Source of the DNA: Asterias rubens
Lineage: Eukaryota
DNA: 64,000 nt
Assembly (NCBI RefSeq): GCF_902459465.1
Contig: NC_047062.1
Coordinates: forward strand, 26,102,001 to 26,166,000
Direction of reading: 5' to 3'
The notes beneath the pieces are model-generated. The model was not told the DNA's origin and did not search any database. It worked only from the letters and a program-made list of their open reading frames with translations. Positions 1-11,577 of the stretch are shown in pieces (within the stretch, counting starts at the first letter, position 1; every line of letters begins with the position of its first letter). Position numbers and translations under genes: made by a program.

Positions 1-2624
1 TGTCGGTCATGCTGTCTGTCTGGCTGTCACGCTGTCTGTCTGCGGTTGGTCTGACATTACAAGGTAGACATTGTGTGGTGATTTTTTAGGTAAACAATAC
101 CGCTTTAAATAAATCTAAATTATGTTATTTGGCTTCGTTAAAGCTTCTTGGAAATATAAACCAGGTGTCGTCTCCCACCGGTGATGTGTTTATATTGTTG
201 TTTATAATTTACACGTTTCTCTTACGTTTAACAGCTTATCCTTGTTTGCATAAAGTCAAAGTTCAGGGACCACAGCCAATCACCTGCTGGCATCTTAGGA
301 ATCTTGTTTAGGGTGTGGCAAGCCCACAGTTCTGTATGCAACCGGTATTTCTTAGTCATTTCTTTTCCTGGTTTCGTTTGGTTAAGTTCGCCGTATTTTC
401 TGTAGTCAACCCAAGCTAGTTTCATTGCCGTTTTCGTAAGTAGTATTTCTTCATTGTACAATATTTAATGTCACTTATTTCAATTGTATACATTTATTGG
501 TTACCGTTAAATTACTTCCTTTCTATTTTCAATGATTTGGGCTAGTTGGAGCTATTTTCCTGGTTCTTCCTACAGCCGTATATTGAATTATTCGGGATCC
601 AAAATCGATCCGACACTAAGGTTTTATGGTGCGACTGGTAAAGTTGTTTATTCTTCTAAGTCCTATTTTGCACCCAACGTATTTGTTTTTTAAATTAAAT
701 TATTTTCATGTGTGTATTTTCCAACAGTTTTGTTATATCTGCCGCCGTAGACTCATTTTAACTCCTGTAAACTCCTGTATGTTCCCACTGTGTTGAAGTG
801 ATTTCCCCGGTAACAATTTGTAAGTGTCAATTTAGTTCAGTCTTATTGTTATAATTGTTCATCGTTTAATACCAAATTGTTGCGAAGTAGTTTTGTTTAA
901 GCTTTTAAAATTGCTTTCTTTAATCCTTCTGGAGACCCCCGATTGCTTATTTTCTCTAATCTTTTCTGGAAACTATTTTACCGTTCATTTTCGTATAATC
1001 TTTCCGGAAGCCTTCGATTACATTATATTTAATCTTTCCGGAAACCTCTGATTGCAAGTTTTCTTTAAATATCTTTCTTGTACTTTGTTTATTATTGAGT
1101 TAATTATGTATTTATGTATTAATTATCTATTTCATTATTTGTTGCTCTAGTTCACCTGCTCCTCGCTGAGTGCAAATAAACTACCGGGTCGATAAAATAC
1201 AATTTGTCCACGACTTTTATTGTTATCATCAACACGGTGACACCAGGATTTTAGAACAAACTTACCTCATCGTGATGAAGTTACAAAATTAATGTTTGTA
1301 AAATATGTATATAAACAAGAGCATTGAAACCCAAAATCCCACTTTTTTTTGTTTCCACTGTTTTTAAACGACGATTGACACTTGACCTTTTAATTGATTT
1401 AAATTAATAATAAATGGGTAGGGAAAGCTACTGCGTCTAGAGCACTTAATATTATTAAGTACTTTTTTTTTATTAATGTTCGGAACAACATTAAATATAA
1501 TCTTCTCAGCCGTTTCTCAGCCATCTGAGAAGAGTCATTCATAATTTGTATTTGAATATAATTTAGAGACTTTTGAATTTTACAAGTTGGGCTTGTTCTG
1601 AATAAGCAGAATACTTTGTTTTGGTATAAGTTTTGTTTCTGGCCAGTGTAAATAAATACAGGGTCGGCCCAATGTGTATAGGGGTTGCGAACAACATTTG
1701 TAAGTGGGGTCCAGTGGAATGGGTGGCATAAAAAAGCTCTCTTTACCTTTTTATGAAACTCAGCCATGGTTCACATCCCGTATAGGCTGATTGATTTTGG
1801 CATCAGACCTAGTGAGGATTCTCTATCTGTGTTTGTCTATTGTACACGTTTTGATATCAACATGAACTAGAAAATAAACTTTGAACTTCAGCTATTAACA
1901 TTCACTCTGTAGATTCATTCACAATGACCCACTGTCATCCGAGTATTCAGACGCTTGTGATTATCAGCTTTTTACTTTTTCAATAATATGATAATTATAT
2001 CCATCAATACTTCATCGATGTAATTATTAGACTCGTTGAGATACGGCGGCCACTTCAGGAGTGCAATGTTTGGTTCGAGCGTAGACAAACACATTTACCG
2101 AAACCAAAAAGTGTCTCAATGTGTCCACTAAACATCAAATAGACTTATTGATGTCTCGGTTTACCTTGTTTACCATAAGGGAGAGGACAAACGTTGCTAA
2201 GCCATAAATGTGACAATGGGAGACTTATTCAACTGCCATTGAGAGCACTATAACAGTTTGATATACATACAAATTCGGCGATAATGTATTTTGACTCCCT
2301 CGGTCGTTCCCCCAATCCTCCATTTCTTAGATAGTTCTTTGCTTTGTATTTTCCCATTGCAAAGTTAATTTGATGTCTGTACACAATTAGACCTGGTTTT
2401 TTATTTTGTAATACGAATTTAATTTGTTGAGACAATAAAGTTCCAGTTAAAATGTCAACAAGATTTCTTCTTTTTTGGTCTTTATTTATTAGTTTCTTTA
2501 CATTATTCCCTTCTCCCCTTATGCTTTGTTGTCTGCTCCTCAAATAAAAACAAATTAATATTTGAATAACTATTTCACTCATTTACGTTTGCTTAAAACA
2601 TAATTCTGAAAGTTTGAACGTCAC

Positions 2625-2763
2625 CTCGGCATCCAAGAACTTCAAAGGTAAAATAAGGATAGGAATTAGTCCAAGTGAGTGTCATTATTCGAAGGAATCT
2701 GGTCCTCAATATCTCAGGGAGGTTGACAGTTACTCGTTCACCACCATCCACATTCCCGTTAAA
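2625..2763 (-). CDS. Gene A exon 5: C-terminal part of F5/8 type C (discoidin) domain
   Basis: tttctgttttag|TTT...CGAG|gtgacg; 139 nt, phase 0 to 1; FNGNVDGGERVTVNLPEILRTRFLRIMTLTWTNSYPYFTFEVLGCR matches the FA58C C-terminus (F.GN.D...RI....W......FEVLGC); paralog at 25129-25267. Confidence 0.9.
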
Positions 2764-3992
2764 CTAAAACAGAAATCAAAGAGAAATAACTTGAGGCTCT
2801 TCTTGTGAGCAGCATAGTCATTAAATGTATTTCATATTATTCCGATCTAAGGATAATTTACTTACAAAGCTCTTTTCAAAGGAAAAATCCCAGGAACTTT
2901 TGGTCGATCTTTTCATACTACATAAACAAACTCCCGGGAATTTCTCGGGTAATAACTTATGCCCGGGAAATAAATAACCCTGCTCAGGGGTAGGGTTAAG
3001 GAATTTAACCACGGAAATAGTAATCCCATGAGTTACCATTAGTTGGATAGTGACACCGGTTGGGTGGCGCTGGGGTCAAAAACTCCCGGAATTTTCCAGG
3101 GAGTTTATTTCCCGGGAAATGGTTTTGTAGTGTGAAAAGGTCTGAAGAGTGTCTTTTTACCTGTATACAGCTGAGGCTGCAATAATCGAGTGTCAATACA
3201 TTGGGATTTTCATTCGAACATGATTCTAAATAAACATGTTGGATTAAAGGCAAGATTTATATTTGGTTTTTGAAACCGTTCGATTAATTTCATCCTGTAT
3301 TATATGACTGTATGATGGAAAATAACCCGGCGGACTCCCCTTCGGACTCGGACTCTAACTTAACACACGAGGGACTCGACTTAAATATTGTCGTAAGGTT
3401 CAAAATGTTATTGCGCAAAAATGGGCCGGGTGTATTTAGCGATACTTGGGAAAATAAGAAAGTTGCTAACTCGTATTTTCGGTCAAACTTGAACCATTGA
3501 GCCTCATAGTTTTATCATACAAGCGAGCACATAGTGAGCATTGGACATGACTTGGATAAGTGGTTTGATACATGTTACTTTGGGTATTTGAAAGCATTGC
3601 CAGCTAAGAAAATTGGTTTGAAATAGTTTGATTTAGAAGTTATAGTTGTATATTTTGTATTTTTAGATCAACACCATGATGCGTTTGTTCGTATTTGTCA
3701 TGGAATATAGGTTTTTTTCGGCGACGTTACTTTGACTAGTCGCCGACACCGCAATACGAATTACGGAGAAGAGATATCAATATATAATAAACATTTCGAT
3801 TTGCCCAGTCCCTCTGAGTTATTAGGGAGCGTCTCAAAAGTCGGGAACGTTCCCGTCAACACGGAACGTTCCCATTTGAACGTTCCTTTTTCGGTGGACC
3901 GCGTCCGCATGCCCGTTGGGACACGGCGGCATGATATTTTGACCATTCCCTTGGGAACGTTCCAACGGGAACGATCTGCCTGGACGTCCAAT

Positions 3993-5851
3993 TAGTTATC
4001 ATCCGTTTTACACGTTCAAAGCACCGTCCAGATTTTGCCAATGCTCAATTACAAGCTGGATACTGAAGGCTCCACCCTACTCGGACCGTTGTCTTTGTTA
4101 AACGCTATACAATATTCATGTTATGTTCAATAGAGCAGGAGAGCTGGAGGCATGTGAAAGCCCCAGGAAAATTTCTCTTATTGTCTGCTCCTTGTAAAGC
4201 ATGCAGGTAGCGGACAATCACTCACAAGACAGTGTAGTGTTAGCATTCACTATAAAGGAAAGATTTACTAAGCAAGCAGGGTGTGTAAAAAAAAAAACAT
4301 GCAACAATAGCCTATACAGTATAATACCACTACTTGTGAACTCAATCCAACATGTGCAAGTCCCTTTGGTTGGGCAGTTGGAGTCTAACAATGTAGGTGT
4401 GCTAAACTTGTAAAGAAAAAGTCTGCTGTTCACATTCAAATAAGACTACGTTCATCTGTGATGATAGTCGGGTCTGCTGTTCACATTCAAATAAGATTAC
4501 GTTCATCTGTGATGATATTCGGGTCTGCTGTTCACATTCAAATAAGATTACGTTCGTCAGTAATGATATTCAGGACTGCTGTTCACATTCAAATAAGATT
4601 ACGTTCATCTGTAATGATATTCAGGTTTACTGTTCACATTTAAATGAGATTACGTTCATCTGTGATGATATTCAGGACTGCTGTTCACATTCAAATAAGA
4701 TTACGTTCATCTGTAATGATATTCGGGTCTGCTGTTCACATTCAAATAAGATTACGTTCATCTGTAATGATATTCAGGACTGCTGTTCACATTCAAATAA
4801 ATTACGTTCATCTGTAATGATATTCAGGACTGCTGTTCACATTCAAATAAGATTACGTTCATCTGTAATGATATTCGCGTCTGCTGTTCACATTCAAATA
4901 AGATTACGTTCTTCTGTGATGATATTCGGGTCTGCTGTTCACATTCAAATAAGATTACGTTCATCTGTAATGATATTCAGGACTGCTGTTCACATTTAAA
5001 TAAGATTACGTTCATCTGTGATGATATTCAGGACTGCTGTTCACATTCAAATAAGATTACGTTCATCTGGGATGATATTCGGGTCTGCTGTTCACATTCA
5101 AATAAGATTACGTTCATCTGTAATGATATTCAGGACTGCTGTTCACATTCAAATAAGATTACGTTCAGCTCTGATGATATTCAGGTCTGCTGTTCACATT
5201 CAAATAAGATTAGTTGGTCACTTACACAATTATATTCCTTTTTTTCTTCTCTTTTTAAACCCTCCTTTGTGTGATCCCTACTGGATTTTGGAGTTTCAAT
5301 CCTATGATATGAATATGGTGTTTTTGTGTTTGCACATAATAACAGTAAGTAAGGACGCTGAAGTATCAGCTTTAATAGTTATAAATAAATCCTTATGTTA
5401 TTCGGCCACAGTGACACCCAACATGCTTCGACCATCAGCCCCTTCTTAACATACATTTCTTTGCAAAAAAAGTTTAAGAGGGTACTTTAAAATAATTACA
5501 AAAAGTTCCCCTTTTCGCTTTTTTCCTTTGGTTAAATTTGGCTGGGCACTAGTGGACAACAGCAATTCTTAGTAAATCTTTCCTCTATAGTGAATGCTAA
5601 CACTACACTGTCTTGTGAGTGATTGTCCGCTACCTGCATGCTTTACAAGGAGCAGACAATAAGAGAATTTTCCTGGGGCCTACCATGCCTCCAGCTCTCC
5701 TGCTCTATTGAACATAATATGAATATGTATAGCGTTTAACAAAGACAACGGTCCGAGTAGGGTGGAGCCTTCAGTATCCAGCTTGTAATTGGGCATTGGC
5801 AAGATCTGGACGTGCTACGGTGCTTTGAACGTGTAAAACGAATGATCACTA
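3993..5851. mobile_element. Foldback-type element with ~280-bp inverted termini
   Basis: 3993-4271 is the reverse complement of ~5568-5851; ends in TA; encloses a 51-bp array. Confidence 0.75.
4421..5212. repeat. 51-bp minisatellite, ~15.5 copies
   Basis: Unit ctgctgttcacattcaaataagattacgttcatctgtaatgatattc(a/g)gg(a/t); 17-aa periodicity in the ORF track. Confidence 0.97.
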
Positions 5852-6880
5852 GTGGGAACATTCGCACATTGCTAATTTGTGCCCGATTGCGTGCATATGC
5901 TTGTGCTCCATTGCCGGAGTTGCGTTGACTCAGTCAAGGAGTAAACAAACAACAACAAAAGGTAGGTTCATAAATCAATGTTTTAACCAGTCTGAAACAA
6001 TTCCACTTCTTTTAAATATGTTGTCAATTTGGTTGGAATATTAAACGCGATAATGTTCCTTTACGTGACTCACGCTCCCCGCAATTTCCTCAAATCCAGA
6101 CTACCTTAATATATTATTAACGTTATTTCATAGTACAATATAGGATAGGAGGATTATTATATTTTACATAATTTCCACACTTCATAGATGTAGTGTCATT
6201 TTAAACTGCAGTTAAGTGGTGACCAATGACTGAGATTGTTTTAAATTTGATAGGTCTGGATAATCATGTATTTCAAGTCTGGGTAATCAGATATTAGTAG
6301 TTCCGGCAAATCTTAACCTTCCATCCTACCGACCGTCGTACACATGGGCGAAACGTCGAAACACTTGCGTCGCCGAACCCAGTTTACACTACCCTTCAAA
6401 TCAAAATAAATCTCATGTTTTGCATCCAACTACAAACGTAAATGCCAACCCCTCTTCAAAAAGATTGTTGTGTTTTCATAGTGTTAAGTTTATCAAAGGA
6501 AAAACGTCACTTATTGGAATTCACCAGCGACGTACGGGATCGAGACGCCATTTTGATAGAAATTACACGTTCGCATACAGGCCGAGTTCCCAAATGGGTA
6601 AAACCGGGCACCCGTCCCAATGGGAATGCATAGATTTCTTGCCCGAGAACATGCGGGAACAGCGCCCGCGGTGGAACGTCCAAACGGGGATATGCCCGCG
6701 ATCCAGCGGGGACACGGAGTATGCCCGGCTGGACGTTCCAAGCGATCCGACTTTTGAGACGCTCCCTTAGGTCTGTGCTCTGAGCCAGTCGGTGTTGCGC
6801 CCTCTAACCGGTGACTATTACATGCACCAACTAGCGTCTTTAATAGAGACTATAGGGAGATACAAGAAAAGGTCTCTGAC

Positions 6881-7089
6881 CCGTATGGTATCTCCGTCTG
6901 CATTCTCCAAGTTATGCCAGCTTTCAGATTCTCCCGTTGAACTGTACTTTACGCTGAAGGTTTGCATGGAGGCTCCTGGATGACCCTGTACTATCAGTCC
7001 AGTAACAACTGGGCCTGGCAGTCCTAGATCAACTTGAATCCAAGAGTCTGCTACATCCGCTACAGTTGGTATCCACCAGTGGCTGTTTC
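6881..7089 (-). CDS. Gene A exon 4: central part of FA58C domain
   Basis: tttttatacacag|GA...CGG|gtcaga; 209 nt, phase 1 to 0; NSHWWIPTVADVADSWIQVDLGLPGPVVTGLIVQGHPGASMQTFSVKYSSTGESESWHNLENADGDTIR (WIQVDL, VTG..VQG, F.V.YS...W motifs). Confidence 0.92.
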
Positions 7090-7599
7090 CTGTGTATAAA
7101 AACAAACGTCGCGGTTGAATGCTATTCTTTAGCAGAACTTAGAATCAATCCCTTATCCATTCCAATGAAACATTTTTTTCAAAGTAGATCATCACTTCCT
7201 ACAAATGGTATATTTCGATTATTTCGTCGCAAACATATAGGGGTTTATAATTAATGTAACACTTCCCTGAGGTCACTTCCATTATTACCTAGTAGTTTAA
7301 TTGGTATAATATGGACTCCATGGTCAGTGTGCTTCTTTTTGTGCAATATTTTAATGTGCTTTGATTTTTTAATTACCTCTCTGTTTTATTTAAACGGTTT
7401 ACTTTACACTGTTTTGTAATTTAGTTAGTAGTCTGAAATAAGCAGTTTTTTTATTAAAACCACAATAATAACTAGACATTAAGTGTTTGTGAACAAACAC
7501 GAAGCTGTTCCTTGTTGTTTTGCTTGGATTATGTGCTTCATTGCCCAAGGAATATATAACTGAAAAAAAGGTTTCAAAAAAGTTGTGTAGCTCTTGTTA

Positions 7600-8235
7600 T
7601 AAGGTTTTACTTCCCGGTTGACCCGTAAGTAAAGGTCAACATGGGCCCACAGCTACCAAAGATTAATCTGCAATGCCAAGGAGTCTATAAAATCGGTTGT
7701 GTAGATCTTGATATATAGTCCCACTTCCGGTTGACCCAGAAGTAGAGGTCAACTTGGGGTCACAGTTTTCCAAAGCTAATATTTATTGCCTAAGAGTCTA
7801 CAACTGAAGTTTGGACATTAGCTTTGTACTTTTTTAGATATGGGTTCACTTCCGGTTGACCCGGAAGTAAATGTCAACATGGGGTCAAAGTTGTTTCAAA
7901 CTAATCTTGAATGCCCAAGGAGTCTATATAACTGAACCAAAATTTATAATCTGTTGTATAGTTCTTGAGATATGGTCCCACTTCCGGTTGACCAGGAAGT
8001 AGGGTCAACTTGAGGTCACGGTTTTTTAAAGTTAATTTTGTATGCCTAAGGAGTTTATAACTGAAAATATTTTGAAAATCTGCTGTATAGTTCTTGAGAT
8101 ATGGTGACACTTCCGGTTGACGCGGAAGTAGAGGTCAACTTGAGGTCACAGTTTTGTCAAATTAATCTCCAACCCCCAAGGAGTCTTTAAAAACAAACAG
8201 TTGAAAAGTCGGCCGTGAAGTTCTTGAGATATGAT
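7600..8235. repeat. ~115-130-bp tandem repeat, ~5 copies, each with ACTTCCGG-N5-CCGGAAGT-like palindrome
   Basis: Motif recurs at 7609, 7723, 7848, 7980, 8109. Confidence 0.85.
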
Positions 8236-9119
8236 GCTGCAAAGATTTCCTAACTAATATGCATATGAGGGTCACTGGTGGTTAATTAAAAAATAATTTT
8301 AATATGTTTTATGATAGGAATTAAGCTAAACATCCTAAAGCTTCCATTTGATATTATTTTACGTGTTTAAAAACACATAATTAATTTGTAGGATACTCCT
8401 TTATTTTCCTACTCCTGCCGATAGGGGGCGCTCTTATGAGACATTTCAATTGCACGATTTCTGCACCGTAATGTCTGTATCTGACTCTGTATTTGTATGT
8501 GTACGTCGCAGAGACCAAAACTGTCATAAAATGTCAAATTATAATTTCCCTATAGAACACGGCCCAGTTTGATGGCTCTGTCTGCTTCAACCAAACTCTG
8601 CCCATTTACTATACAACCACCATTCTCCGCTTACTGTGCAGGCGCTGAAATATCTGTACAATTTGTTCAAAGCAAAGATTACATATGATAAGTTTCCCCG
8701 CGCACAAGCAAAAATATCCCTGCTAAGCTGTGAAATATGCTGTAAGTAAGCGATAATATCCGCGCTTCTGATGTGTCAATTCTTTGCTTACGCAGTGAAG
8801 CAGAGTCAAATTGGACCAGTTTCACAAGATTTCCCCTCATGTACTAACAATCTTTTATGACTTTACATGTTTGAAGTGCAGGCCTTACCAAACCTACTAA
8901 CAGGGCAAAATTACATGGTTCTCATGACCACCAAAGTCTGCGCTTACGATCACCATTTTCCGCTTTACTGTGATGTGCAAGCTTGGAAAATAATGTGCGA
9001 ACTTGGAAGCACACAAACAAACGAAATCACTGCTATAAGCAGTCTATTTCGCTTGACGTAAGCGCAGAACTCAATGCTTCTGCAGAGCACTGAATCTTTT
9101 TCATTAAGCAAGTTGCCAT

Positions 9120-9495
9120 CATGACTCGACTAGTCGAACCTCAAACCTAACTACTACACTTGTCGATATAAAATACAGATTCTCAAGATTTGTGCCGCTA
9201 TGTGCCGCAAAGGCAATATTAATTTGTTGTGAATGGGTGACTAGTGAATTTTACTACTCGACTAGCCGCACCTCAAACCTGACTACGACACTTGTCGAGA
9301 TAAAATACGGATTCTCAAGATTTGTACCGCTATGTGCCGCAAGGGCAATATTAATTATGTTGCGAATGGGTGTGACTAGTGAAATTTACTACTCGACTAG
9401 TCGCACTTCAAACCTAACTACGACACTTGTCGAGATAAAGTACGGATTCTCAAGATTTTTGCCGCTATGCCGCAAGGGCAATATTAATTATGTTG
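9120..9495. repeat. ~133-bp tandem repeat, ~3 copies
   Basis: gactagtgaa(t)tttactactcgactag...caaacct(a/g)actacgacacttgtcga...tattaatt repeated. Confidence 0.85.
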
Positions 9496-11075
9496 CGAAT
9501 AGTAGTAACCAACACAACTGGTTCACCAAACAGGTAGTCGGGACAAATTTTGTAGTCGATGTGTGGACACGATTATAACGGAGTAGAGAAAAACAGTAAT
9601 CGCGACTCAAATAATAAATTGTAGTCGCGACTTTAACACTAAAGCACACTTTCTAGTCGCCACTGCGTACTTTTGTCTCAAGTAAAGCACGGTTTTTCCT
9701 GCGAATGCAAATCAAATTTTTAAGTCACTGTTTTCGCAGTGAAAGTTTCGCAGGAGTTGAGCACAATTAGTCAATTGTAGCAATTTTTTATGCGAATTGT
9801 GACGTGAAGAACACATTCCCTGGTAAGCACAGTTCCCTGATTACGTAAGCGCTGCGATTCATTCCTTTAAAAGCCATTGGCCCAGGACCAAACTACATAA
9901 TAGCTTTTTAAACACAAAAAGCAGCTTAACCATGCCTCATGTTCAAGTTGTGAATCCAGGTGTTCTGCTCAATTTCTGCAATTTTGTAAAGCAAAATGTT
10001 TTGCCTGTTTATTATAAGCAGCTCTATAAAACTGAGCCACTCAACCACCAGAGAAACGATCAGCATAATCAAATCTCTGCTTTTGTATTCCTGTCAAAGA
10101 GTTTTTGTTTGTCATGGTCTAATTTCCGAACGTAACGTGAAACACTGGAATTAGTTTAGGCAATTGGTCCTCGGCGCAAACAAGGTGACTTTACCCGTAA
10201 ATCATTCATAGCTTAATACGTTTTTACATGCTTTGCTAAAACCATGTGCCATTTCTACCTCCATGCTAAAACTGAGACTAAAATAGTTTTCGTGACATTT
10301 ATTTTTACTCCTTTCTTAAAAAACTTCAACAACACGGCAAGCTTTCAACTATCATTATCTTCCCTCCATGCTTCGTAACGTAGAACCATGTACATGTATG
10401 TAGACTCTCCTCCATACAAGAACGTACACCAAAGATCGTGCTGCGCGAGGACAAAATCTCGCCGTTTTATTTTCCAGGAAAGAAGCTTCTCATGAGCCAA
10501 AAATTTGGGGAAAAAGAACATGTTGTACAGATCGTTTTAATGTAGGTACATATTTCTGATTGTAAAAAAAATGTAAAATGTATGCCTCTATATATTGATT
10601 TCGTCGAGGTTCCCGGAGGATTCGCACTCAGATCACTTGGGTAATAGCACCCGCGTTTAACCGCGGCCCCATTGGATCTATCAACCCAGACGTCGCGATT
10701 TTATTCGTTACATAATAACTGTAAACATTTAATAAAAATAATTACAAGATGACGTGAGATATAAAATTACTTCATTTTGCACATCTTCAATACCCAGAGA
10801 ATCAATATATGAAGAATTTTTGAAAATCGGACGTTTATTTTGGGAGATATGCTGTTAACAAGATTTCCTAATTAAATATTCATATCTTTAATAACTCATC
10901 TAATTGATTAAGAGATTAAAAATCATACGTAGAAAAACTAAGTTACGTACTAAGCTTCGATTTAATATAGAACTCAAGTCTTTCATTTCTACCGTTTCTA
11001 AGATTATCTTGCCACAAAAAAGTCGTGCGTTAAACCTATGGCGTTTTGAGAAAAAAAAACGTTTCTAAAACGTTA

Positions 11076-11264
11076 AAAAAATCTCGACGAAAACAATAGC
11101 TGTTCCGACGGACGGTCGGAACAGCTAATAATAATAAAAATAATAAAAATCTCGACGAAAACAGTAGCTGTTCCGACTGGATCGGAACAGCTAATAATAA
11201 TCAAAATAATCAAAATCTCGACGAAAACAATAGCTGTTCCGACTGGATCGGAACAGCTAATAAT
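11076..11264 (+). repeat. Three ~67-bp tandem copies of a hairpin-bearing element 3' end
   Basis: aaatctcgacgaaaacaa-TAGCTGTTCCGA-loop-TCGGAACAGCTA-ataat x3. Confidence 0.9.
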
Positions 11265-11454
11265 ATTGTATGTCCTAGATACGCTTCCCCTTAGTTCGTA
11301 GCAAACACACAAAAAACATAATTTCAGACAATTACTGCTATCCACGCACAGGTTAAACTTAAACCAGGAGGGATAAAGTGAGTAGATAAGACTAGTATGT
11401 GGATCAGGTCAGCAAGTTCTGCCTGCAGTTAAACGGAAATGGAGTATGACTTGC

Positions 11455-11577
11455 CTTCATTGAGTCGAGCTTTTTGAGGAACATGTGACACCGAATCATA
11501 GGATGATGATGCAGTAATACTCCCATCAGGGATCGCCCCACTCTCCATTCCCAACGGTCCAATGGTACATGCTGGTC
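11455..11577 (-). CDS. Gene A exon 3: N-terminal part of FA58C domain (GC donor)
   Basis: cttatttcag|GA...GAAG|gcaagt; 123 nt, phase 1 to 1; GPACTIGPLGMESGAIPDGSITASSSYDSVSHVPQKARLNE is the classic FA58C start (PLGMESG.I.D..ITASS....ARLN). Confidence 0.92.

Larger units (their letters stand above)
3825..6766. mobile_element. PIF/Harbinger-like non-autonomous DNA transposon (host of nested inserts)
   Basis: 20-bp TIR GGGAGCGTCTCAAAAGTCGG at both ends, TTA target duplication (3822-3824, 6767-6769), many subterminal GGAACG/CGTTCC motifs. Confidence 0.8.
7470..11264 (+). mobile_element. Helentron/DINE-1-like (HINE) composite insertion in a (TAA)n tract
   Basis: Starts AACTAGA; 5' subterminal AGCTGTTCC (7503-7511) is inverted relative to the 3' hairpin arm GGAACAGCT; internal tandem repeats; absent at the paralogous site in gene B (~27190-27230), which has only (AAT)n; approximate boundaries, may be more than one element. 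Confidence 0.55.

Noticed and set aside
385-425. KLAWVDYRK resembling the RT motif AWIDYKKAYD of R4-type LINEs
   Set aside because: Flanking residues do not continue the RT alignment in any frame I checked
4458-5449. ORFs with a 17-aa repeat (MIFGSAVHIQIRLRSSV)
   Set aside because: By-product of a 51-bp minisatellite inside a transposon; interrupted by stops and a 1-bp indel, no splice or domain support
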